The notes under the pieces are model-generated. The model saw only the letters and a program-made list of their open reading frames with translations. It was not told the DNA's origin and ran no database searches. DNA of 64,000 bases from the NCBI GenBank assembly GCA_051294375.1, contig JBJCIZ010000028.1, positions 1,687,479-1,751,478 of the forward strand, written 5' to 3'. The DNA is from Paraspadella gotoi. Lineage: Eukaryota > Animalia > Chaetognatha. The position numbers were made by a program, and so were the translations under genes. Position 1 is the stretch's first letter. Every line of letters begins with the position of its first letter. Positions 13,415 to 23,559 of the stretch are shown in pieces.

Positions 13415-13515
13415 AAGCTTATAATTGAGTAGTTTCATTTGTTTAAAGTATGTATCTTCCCCTTTCATAGGGAACTCTCATTAAGAGAGGTGCTTCAGAG
13501 CCTTGTCCTGAAGGG
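13415..13515 (+). ncRNA. Spliced-leader RNA gene, class A (copy A1, unit 1)
   Basis: AAGCTTATAATTGAGTAGTTTCATTTGTTTAAA|GTATGT, donor G at 13448, then hairpins TTCCC/GGGAA, CTCTC/GAGAG and CTTCAG/CTGAAG. The exon resembles the chaetognath SL as recalled; linked to 5S. 3' end approximate. Confidence 0.8.
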
Positions 13516-14380
13516 AAATCTATAAATCCTGCTCATATAATGTCACTTTGTATAATCCTGTTAATTTTTTCTTCAGTTGATCATTTCCTATGTTGGGAAA
13601 GAAACTGCATTTATTAGTTTATATTTGCCAGTTTCCTTTTGAAAGGTTCCCTGGCCAGCCCTTTCGAAGAGAATTTTATAAAAATAGCTCAAAAATGTTA
13701 GACAAAACCGTGCATTGTCAAGATACAAATTTTTACTTTCTTTCAGCTCAATTTTGTAAGTGAATGGAAAAGAGCTTTGTTTGATCTTTTACCTGGTGAC
13801 CACTAGGCTTACAACAACCTTTATCTTTTGTTCAATCTTGAAAAAAGTTTTAAAAAAGCAGAAGGAAGGCTATCCAGTCACTATTATCTAGAAAAAAGCT
13901 CTTTTAGAGTTTCCTTTCCAAAGTAATTAAACTTTTTTGATTCACATGTTATCATTATGACTTTGTTGTTTTCTTTTTGCTAATAATCATAGATACACCA
14001 AGATACATACCAATTTTAATCATTTTAATAAACTCAACTCAAGATGTCCGCTTGAGTCAGAGTCAGAACTTTTTGTCGAAAACTTTGAGACGAGGCTTTT
14101 TTGGCTTGCCATTTGCATAGAAAACTGAAAATGCTGATAATCAGAAGCAAAATAAGTTTTGGGACTAACTTTTTATCATCAAAAGTCAAATACTAGTTGC
14201 AATTGTTTTTTTAAAAAGTCTTCAGTTTAATCCTTAATAGTTATGCTTCAAGATTTTAAAGCTCTGGCTTCTCATTCTGCAGTAAAAATTGATCAAAACT
14301 TAAATTGCTTGATAAATGTTGGCCAACTGAAAACTTTTTCAAAAAAGCATGGCAAGAAAAAAATATTGCTGGAAATATCG

Positions 14381-14483
14381 AAGCTTATAATTGAGTAGTT
14401 TCAATTTGTTTAAAGTATGTATCTTCCCCTTTCATAGGGAACTCTCATTAAGAGAAGTGCTTCAGAGCCTTGTGCCTGAAGGG
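14381..14483 (+). ncRNA. Spliced-leader RNA gene, class A (copy A2, unit 1)
   Basis: 34-nt exon 14381-14414, GTATGT donor at 14415, three intron hairpins. Body nearly identical to A1 although the flanks have diverged. Confidence 0.82.
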
Positions 14484-14801
14484 AAATCTATAAATCCTGC
14501 TCATATAAAATTATTTTTTTGATAATCTCTTAATAAATTTTTTCTCCAGTTGCTCATTTCTTATGTGGGGGAAAGAAAACTACATTTATTATTTTATAGT
14601 TGGTATTTCCCTTTGAAATGTTCCCTGGCCTCGCCCATTTTGAATAGAAATTCATAAAAATAGCTTTGTAATTTTTTAACAAGCTTTGCCGTTAACTGGC
14701 TTACAAATGAATTGTCAAGACCTATAAGAAATGATCATTCGGCAAGTGCCCATCCAAAAATTACTCTAAGCTGTCATAATTCAGCAAGTTTGGTACAGGA
14801 T

Positions 14802-14910
14802 AAACAATTTTTTGAGTACATTCAATTTTTCAAAGTATGTATATATCTCTTTCATCAAGATATTTCTCTCAAGTAGAGAGTTCTTTCAGAGCCTTGAGCC
14901 TGATTGAAAA
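14802..14910 (+). ncRNA. Divergent SL-like RNA gene, class B (copy 2)
   Basis: Exon 14802-14834, donor at 14835, same three hairpins. Confidence 0.65.
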
Positions 14911-15044
14911 TATATATAAGAAGAGATTACTATTTTCTTTCTTTTTTTAAAATTAATTGTAGTTTTCATATCATTTATACATATTTATATTTTGGATGTC
15001 GTCCCTATTTTTTTTCTTCAGCTTTCAGAAATAAAATTAGAAAA

Positions 15045-15164
15045 AGCCTACAACACCCGGGATTCCCAGGCGGTCACCCATCCAAGTACTAACCGGGCCC
15101 GACGTTGCTTAACTTCGGTGATCAGACGAAGAACCGGTGTATTCAACGTGGTATGGTCGTAGGC
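15045..15164 (-). rRNA. 5S rRNA gene, copy 2
   Basis: Same sequence as copy 1 with a 1-nt insertion (gacgaagaacc), probably a read error; T-run terminator present. Confidence 0.97.
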
Positions 15165-15687
15165 ACAGAAGGACGCATATCAAGTTGCCATTATCTAGAA
15201 AAGGCTCTTTTAGAGTTTCTTTTTCCAAAGCAATTAAACTTTTTTGATTTGCATGTTGTCTGATGACTTAGTTGTTTCTATTTTTGCTATTAATAGTAAA
15301 ACCAAGATTCATACCAATTTTGCTCAAGGAAAATACCTTCAATAAAATTGACTCAAGATGTGCGGTTGAGTCAGAGTTAAAACTTTTGTTTAAAACTTGG
15401 AGACGAGGCTTTCTTTGCTTCCATTTGCATAGAAAACAAAAAATGCTGATAATCAGAAGCAGAATAAGTTTTGGGACTAACTTTTTATCATCAAAAGTCA
15501 AATACTATTGCAATTGTTTTTTAAAAATTTAGGTTAATCTTTAATAGTTATAATTCAAGACTGCAAAACTGTGGCTTCTCATTCTTTAGTAAAAATGGAT
15601 CAAAACTGTACTTGCTTGATAAAAGTTGGCCAACTAAAAACTTTTTCAAAAAGGTATGGCATGAAAAAATTTGTGCCAAAAACATCG

Positions 15688-15790
15688 AAGCTTATAATTG
15701 AGTAGTTTCAATTTGTTTAAAGTATGTATCTTCCCCTTTCATAGGGAACTCTCATTAAGAGAGGTGCTTCAGAGCCTTGTGCCTGAAGGG
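15688..15790 (+). ncRNA. Spliced-leader RNA gene, class A (copy A1, unit 2)
   Basis: Exon 15688-15721, donor at 15722, same hairpins. Confidence 0.82.
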
Positions 15791-16652
15791 AAATCTATAA
15801 ATCCTGCTCATATTAATGTCACTTTTTTATTATCCTTTGTTAATTTTTTTCTTCAGTTGATCATTTCCTATGTTGGGAAAGAAACTGCATTTATTAGTTT
15901 ATATTTGCCAGTTTCCTTTTGAAAGGTTCCCTGGCCTAGTCCCTTTCAAAGAGAATTTTATAAAAATAGCTCAAAAATGTTAAGAACAAAAACCGTGCAT
16001 TGTCAAGATACTAAATTTTTACTTTCTTTCAGCTCAATTTTGTAAGTGAATGGAAAGAGCTTTGTTTGATCTTTTACCTGGTGACCACTAGGCTTACAAC
16101 AACCTTTATCTTTTGTTCAATCTTTAGAAAAAGTTTTAAAAAAGACAGAGGAAGGCTATCCAGTCACTATTATCTAGAAAAAAGCTTTTTTAGAGTTTCC
16201 AAAGTAATTAAACTTTTTTGATTCACATGTTATCATGATGACTTTGTTGTTTTTCTTTTTGCTAATAATCATAGATACACCAAGATACATACCAATTTTA
16301 ATCTATTTTAAAAACTCGACTCAAGATGTCCGCTTGAGTCGTCAGAACTTGTTTGAAACTATTGAGAGAGGCTTTCTTGGCTTTCCATTTGCATAGAAAA
16401 ACTGAAAATGCTGATAATCAGAAGCAAAATAAGTTTTGGGACTAACTTTTTATCATCAAAAGTCAAATACTAGTTGCCATTGTTTTTAAAAAGTCTTCAG
16501 TTTATCCTTAATAGTTATACTTCAAGATTTAAAACTCTGGCTTCTCATTCTGCAGATAAATGATCAAAACTTAAATTGCTTGATAAATGTTGGCCAACTT
16601 AAAACTTTTTTCAAAAAGGCATGGCAAGAAAAAAATATTGCTGGAAATATCG

Positions 16653-16755
16653 AAGCTTATAATTGAGTAGTTTCAATTTGTTTAAAGTATGTATCTTCCC
16701 CTTTCATAGGGAACTCTCATTAAGAGAGGTGCTTCAGAGCCTTGTGCCTGAAGGG
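16653..16755 (+). ncRNA. Spliced-leader RNA gene, class A (copy A2, unit 2)
   Basis: Exon 16653-16686, donor at 16687, same hairpins. Confidence 0.82.
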
Positions 16756-17078
16756 AAATCTATAAATCCTGCTCATATAAAATTATTTTTTTGCATAATC
16801 TCTTAATAAATTTTTTCTCCAGTTGCTCATTTCTATTGTGGAAAGAAAACTTCATTTATTATTTTATAGAGTTGCTAGTTCCCTTTGAAATGTTCCCTGG
16901 CCTCGCCCATTTTGAATAGAAATCATAAAAATAGCTTTGTAAATTTTTTAACAAGCTTTGCCGTTAACTGGCTTACAAATGAATTGTCAAGACCTATGAA
17001 GAAATGAATCATTCGCAAGTGCCCATTCCAAAAATTACTCTAAGCTGTCATAATTCAGGCAAGTTTGGTACAGGATTT

Positions 17079-17190
17079 AAACAATTTTTTGAGTACATTC
17101 AATTTTCTCAAAGTATGTATATATCCTTTCATCAAGAATATTTCTCTCTCAAGTAGAGAGTTCTTTCAGAGCCTTGAGCTGATTGAAAAT
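17079..17190 (+). ncRNA. Divergent SL-like RNA gene, class B (copy 3)
   Basis: Exon 17079-17112, donor at 17113; a few indels, probably read errors. Confidence 0.6.
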
Positions 17191-17326
17191 ATATATAAGA
17201 AGAGAATTACTATTTTTCTTTTCTTTTTTTAAATTAATTTCAGTTTTCAAATCATGTATACATATTTATATTTTGGATGTCCTCCCTATTTTTTTCTTCA
17301 GCTTTCAGAAATAAGAAATTAGAAAA

Positions 17327-17445
17327 AGCCTACAACACCCGGGATTCCCAGGCGGTCACCCATCCAAGTACTAACCGGGCCCGACGTTGCTTAACTTCGG
17401 TGATCAGACGAGAACCGGTGTATTCAACGTGGTATGGTCGTAGGC
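17327..17445 (-). rRNA. 5S rRNA gene, copy 3
   Basis: Identical to copy 1; T5 terminator. Confidence 0.98.
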
Positions 17446-17975
17446 ACAGAAGGACGCATATCAAGTTGCCATTATCTAGAAAAGAGCTCTTTTAGAGTTT
17501 CTTTTCCAAAGCAATTAAACTTTTTTGATTCGCATGTTGTCTTGATTACTTAGTTGTTTCTATTTTTGCTAATAATAGATAAACCAAGATTCATACCAAT
17601 TTTGCTCAAGGAAAATACCTTCAATAAAATTGACTCAAGATGTGCGGTTGAGTCCGAGTTAAAACTTTTGTTCAAAAACTTGGAGACGAGGCTTTCTTTG
17701 CTTACCATTTGCATAGAAAACAAAAAATGCTGATAATCAGAAGCAGAATAAGTTTTGGGACTAACTTTTTATCATCAAAAGTCAAATACTACTTGCAATT
17801 GTTTTTTAAAAAGTCTTAAGGTTAATCTTTAATAGTTATAATTCAAGACTGCAAAACTGTGGCTTCTCATTCTTTAGTAAAAATGGATCAAAACTGTACT
17901 TGCTCGATAAAAGTTGGCCAACTAAAAACTTTTTCAAAAAGGTATGGCATGAAAAAATTTGTGCCAGAAACATCG

Positions 17976-18078
17976 AAGCTTATAATTGAGTAGTTTCAAT
18001 TTGTTTAAAGTATGTATCTTCCCCTTTCATAGGGAACTCTCATTAAGAGAGGTGCTTCAGAGCCTTGTGCCTGAAGGG
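17976..18078 (+). ncRNA. Spliced-leader RNA gene, class A (copy A1, unit 3)
   Basis: Exon 17976-18009, donor at 18010, same hairpins. Confidence 0.82.
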
Positions 18079-18576
18079 TAATCTATAAATCCTGCTCATA
18101 TAAAGTCACTTATTCATATAATCCTTTAATTTTTTTCTTTATTTGATCATTTCCTACGTTGGGAAAGAAACTGCNNNNNNNNNNNNNNNNNNNNNNNNNN
18201 NNNNNNNNNNNNNNNNNNNNNNNNNNNNNNNNNNNNNNNNNNNNNNNNNNNNNNNNNNNNNNNNNNNNNNNNNNTGAGTAGCGACTATTTAAGAATATTG
18301 AATCGCATTCTTAAAGCAATATGTGGCTGGACAAGGATAAAACATATAAACATTACCGATCTTATCATATATCACTTTACTCCCAAGTATTAATCAAAAC
18401 GATGCAGTTATGAACGTAATTAGGACGGGCAGACCGACAGACGGACAGACTGACCGACCAAAAATGGGAAAAAAGCATAGAAATTTTATAATCAAAAGTA
18501 TTTGTCTATTTTATAACAGAATCATTATGAAGATATAAAAGTTTTTTTACATGTATAAATTTGAATTATTTATTTA

Positions 18577-18669
18577 TGAAATCGTGTAATTTTGTTAAAT
18601 ATTTCTATTCCTCGTATAAATTTGAATTATTTGAGGAATAGAAATATTTAACAAAATTACACGATTTCA
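18577..18669. repeat. Perfect 37-bp inverted repeat with 19-nt loop
   Basis: tgaaatcgtgtaattttgttaaatatttctattcctc / gaggaatagaaatatttaacaaaattacacgatttca. Confidence 0.9.
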
Positions 18670-19619
18670 AATGGGAGTGAAATGAAAAGAATTGTTATAC
18701 TCCTAACTGACTGACTGTGATTAATATATGTTCATTTCATTAGTTAGAAAAGTCCCTGACGTTTAAGTTCCTATAAAGCAAATTATTAATACTTTAAGAC
18801 ATAACTGGTGTGCTTGCCTTCCAGCAGCTTTTTTTGCAACATTTTTCCTTCCTTATATAATAATTCAATTTTAAACTCATTACGAAACAAATTAAAACAA
18901 ATATTTTAAATTCTTTTACATTCATTAGTTAGTATAATGTTTTGGGAGCATGCAAAAAAATTCTTATTAATATATTTCAAGGTTTAATGAGGCAACAGGC
19001 TCTTGCCAGATCATTGTTCTTTTATAATTTTTTTTAACACTAAAATTTTTATTTTCTATAAGTTTTAACTAGAAAAATTATAAAATGAATCTATAAGATG
19101 AACCAAAATTTTCAAACATTTAATTTTTTTTCATTTGTTGCTTTGTGTGAAGTTAGGAGAATAAACGAAAATTCTCTAGTTATAGCACTCCTCTGAGTTT
19201 TTTTTATAAAATTAACCTTAGAATTTATCTATATCTTTAAGATGAACCACAAATTTTCAATTACGTTGTCTCTTTGCTATTTTTTTTTCAAAAATATATC
19301 TTATAATAGGAAGGTCCTATTTTAATGCAAAAAATTAGAACTTAAGCAAGCTGGACTACTGAAAGTTAAAAAATAAAAAAACGATTTTTTAACCATGGTG
19401 CAAAATCTGACGTGGCTATAAAACAAATAATTTAGCCACAGTATTTGATCCTTTTCGTTTCCATCCCATTTAAAATCCGTGTAAATAGAAATAGACTAAG
19501 TATTCCTTGAGATAAGCTATATAGTAAAACGCTAATATCTTTCATTTAATACTTCGCGAAATGTTTTTGCGAGAGGATATAACCTATATAACCAAATATA
19601 TATACAATTTCGAGGTTTT

Positions 19620-21788
19620 AACATCTAGAATACGATCGTTTTCCACCGAAACTCACCAAACTTCGCCGGTCCGTCGACGACCTCAACGCGAATTTTCGGT
19701 TACAATCTTCGCGTCTTTCACATTGACCGAGATCTCGTATCCTGGAAGCAGAAGTCGCCAGAATTCTCAAAGGAGTCGGAAACGCACCGGACCGGCGGGT
19801 TCCGCAACTGTTACCCTTTGCACTACCGACGCGGCTCTCCCGTTGCCGAAAATGTAATGCGACCGTAACGCCTGATGTAACTTCGGCCACCATAGACAGA
19901 GCAACGAACCGAGATTAAGCCCTCCACAAAATCCTTCAAAACTCCTGATTCCACGGGAAACCTATACGGTGCAACTCCAATGGAATGTCTCTATAAGAGA
20001 AGGCGTTCGTGTTGTTGGCAGCCCAATTTTGCCAGTAGCGTGCCGTTGTTGTTGACCCAGCCGCGGCGTGTTCGTCGCCGCGGTTTGAATAAGCTTTCGC
20101 CGGGGCAAGGATTTCTCGATCCATGTCGGGATTAGCCGGACGTGTAGGCCATAGCAAGTTGTTTGAATATCTTTTATCTGTGGAGATTAATTGATTATTA
20201 ATTAATCAACGGGATATAAAGAAATGAATAACTGTATTTTCATCATTCACAGCTGTATTTCTGATTATTTCTGTGATTCAAATGCGATTCAAACTTGAAA
20301 CTTGGTCCTCTCGCTCTCTCTAACTGACTCCCCCTTCCAATGCCAGGCAGATTTCAGAATACGACTCCTGATTCTTAAACTCATTCCTTATTATTATTAT
20401 TATTTTTATTATATTATATATAATTAATTTAAGGGCGTTATTTTTTCAGTATAAAGGAGATTATTACCAATCGAATTAGCGTCATCAGGGTAATTGTAGC
20501 GAGATTCCCGCCAAAGCAGATTGGCAGAAAGGACGAAATTTTTGTTCTCCATCCATGTTTATTACAGCCGAAGTTTCGGGTTGTAAAAAGTCAGAATTCC
20601 CCAAATCTGCCAAGAGATAAAAAAAAGGTTATGTTTTTCTAAAAGCGTCCAAAAACAAACCCTACTTCACAAAACTAATTCCTAATAAAATCTCTTAACT
20701 CTAATCCCAAAATAAAACCTAAAACCTTAACTTGATTTTGAACTTTTCAGAAAAATAGGGCGCTGTTTAAAAGCATGGCAGAAAATGCATAAATTCGTAC
20801 AACCATTCTAAAATTTTCAATTCATTCATAAATAATATCTTATCTCTTACTTTGGGCAGGCTATAGTGGTTATAGCATACATCCCTCTTACTACTCATTA
20901 AAATTCACTTTTATCTTAAAGATTCTATATTTATTACCTGTCCGGGAAAATTAGGTTCAGATCAATGCCGTTTGCATTTGCGCGTCCATTACTAGATTGT
21001 TTATCACCCTCGTTAGAAAAGGAGTAACCATCAGGATTCATAGATAGCATAATATGAATTCTATAAACAAAAAAAAGTGAACAAAACTATAAATAGCACT
21101 GAATAACGTACAATTTTGAATCAAAACTTAATAATATTATAAATTATTTTACTGATTAAAATACCAGCTATTTTATTTTATTTGTAGTACTGTAGTGACC
21201 GAGAGGATATGGAATCAGTCTGGGGGTTGTCGTGTCTCTCTATCAGTCAGTTGCCCTGCATTCCGGAACTTTGGATCTGACCCATCATTTTGTTGTACAG
21301 ATCTTTCCGACCAGGGCTAAAACCAGGGACCATTATGTTGGGAAAAATGTTGTCCCAGTGCGCTGATGGAAGGAACAGTCACATCCATTGGGAAGATCAC
21401 TACATCACTACACAATATACTTCCGCCCCCCGAGGGGTCAAACATCTCCAACTATGACCCCTGATAATGGAAAAAGCTCTTGGTTGGCCCAAGTTTGGAA
21501 AATCTTAATCAAAATTTTAGCTTTTATTTATAATACTAGTAAAAAGAATTTGTTTTTAATTAGACAACGATTTTATTTTTAATACAAAACAGACATGTTT
21601 CAGCTTTAATGCAAGCCTTCATCAGCGCACAACGAATAAAAAGAATTTTCGCAATATTTATAATGCTATATATGTGATACTTTTTATACTAACGGGGATA
21701 CTCGGGAACAAAATTTAGGATTACAAGGAGATCAGACTTAAAAAAAAAATTAAATATTTTGAATAAAATTTTTTTGAGCGCCCTTACC

Positions 21789-21826
<38 letters not shown>

Positions 21827-23528
21827 TTTTAAAGAGTTCACCCAAGTAAAAGGCAATGTTTAAGTCGCTTTATGAAGTTAAATTTTCAAATTTTAAGAGT
21901 TTTATCTTTTGAGCTGTGCCCTTCACTTTTGAGCTTTGTCCTTTTCTTTTTGCTTACCAAACCAAACCCTGTTTATTGCAATTTTTTTACAAACTAGCCA
22001 AAGTCAAGGACTTTTAGTTTTGTAACATCTTGGCCAATGCTGATAAGAATATGAAACATCCAATTACAAAAGGGAAGTATATGTCAAATTAAAATCGAGT
22101 TTAGGAATTGAACAAAAACCAGATTTTTTTACATTTGAAAAAATCAGTAAGTTTTTGCTGCTCAAAATGTGAATTTCAAACGTAACAAATACTATTTTTA
22201 TAAAACAGGAACAAAAAAAATTAAAACGATTTTTCTAACTAATAAAATTTTAGTCGTGACCAGAAGATAACACATATGGGTTAAGGTGGGCCAAAATTGA
22301 TCACTTTTTATCATGAGGAGTTCTGTAATATAAAAATCACTTTACAATCATATTCTTAATCAATATTTACTATCACTTTTTTAACTAGTGAAACACAGGA
22401 TAACATTGAAGCCTTTCAATATTTATTAATATATGGGCAATAAAAAGATGATAAGTGGGTCAAATAAGAGAAAAACCCAAAAAAATCATTATCATCAACA
22501 CACTATAATTTTTATAGTTTTTGTTAATTTTAACTAATAAAACATAAAAATTTAGAAATCTTGTAATAATATTTTTTATTTATTTTTTTAAGCTTTTAAA
22601 ATTTTAAATTAGAATAAAAATGTTTTCATTATTTATAGTAAAACGTTAAACTTTTAATGCTTCTATGTAATTAACTATATGTAAAATCTTAATTTTTTTA
22701 AATTTCGTTATCCTACAAGGATTCTCTAACATTATTTATATTACAGAACTCTTAGTTTTTACCTTGTTCCGCCTTCATAAGGGTGCTGCAACCATTTTTT
22801 TTAGGTCAGTACCCGTGGATCTCCTTATAAGATTAAGGATTAGGCTTATATTTTAGGGCAAACATCCGGTTGGATATTAAAATTAAACATTAAGGTTAAA
22901 ATCAAATTGTATTGATTAATAACGGAAATAAAGCCCTTTTAGAAAATAGTGCACAAATCATTGATAACCCCTGCTTCACCTTGTCCGGCTCAGAAGCCAC
23001 CGGATCATGTCGGCTGCATAAGCTTCCGGTTTGTTCGGATCCAAACCGGAAGAGGCGTGGTTGTCGCAGAGAAATTGAACGAAAAGCAGAAGCAGTTCGC
23101 GTCCCACGACTTCGTTGCCTCGCATGTTGCCGATGAACTGAAACTCTGGTTTGAGTTCCTCTTGGAGTTCGCTACTCATCGTTACAACCCACAACTTCCG
23201 CCCTGTGGAGGAGAAACTATATTCAGATCATTGCGGAAGATCTAGAAACTCAAAAGATGGAATCAAGTGGAACAGGATGGAATCGGATCATAGACTCGGG
23301 GAGAAATCACCGAAAATGGAATCGAGCTCTCTGATTGGTCAAGAATCAGATGGAACCGGCCAATAGGCGGACAAATAATTTCACAATGAAGACTTATTTT
23401 TCTGAGTTGTTTTCAATGATATCAAATAGCAGAAAAAAATGATGAGTTTATTAACTAAAAATTTCCTCTCTCTCTTTCTCTCTCTTTCTCTCCCTCTCTC
23501 TCTCGTCCCTCTCTCTTTCTTTCTTTCT

Positions 23529-23559
<31 letters not shown>

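Larger units (their letters stand above)
11947..18174. repeat. Tandem 5S/SL-RNA array, unit ~2.27 kb, about 2.7 units visible, bounded by N gaps
   Basis: 5S copies recur at 12776, 15045 and 17327 with near-identical spacers. Each unit contains two diverged ~1-kb subrepeats (e.g. from ~12895 and ~13858, both starting cagaagga...tatctagaaaa...ttttagagtttc). Confidence 0.95.

Noticed and set aside
12567-17495. ORFs within the 5S array (e.g. ..AYNTRDSQAVTHPSTNRARRCLTSVIRREPVYSTWYGRRH..)
   Set aside because: Antisense shadow translations of 5S rRNA and spacers; the frames break differently in each unit.
11947-18174. CRISPR-like or satellite-only interpretation of the array
   Set aside because: Units are ~2.27 kb with homologous spacers and contain eukaryotic 5S genes; there are no unique spacers and no cas genes.
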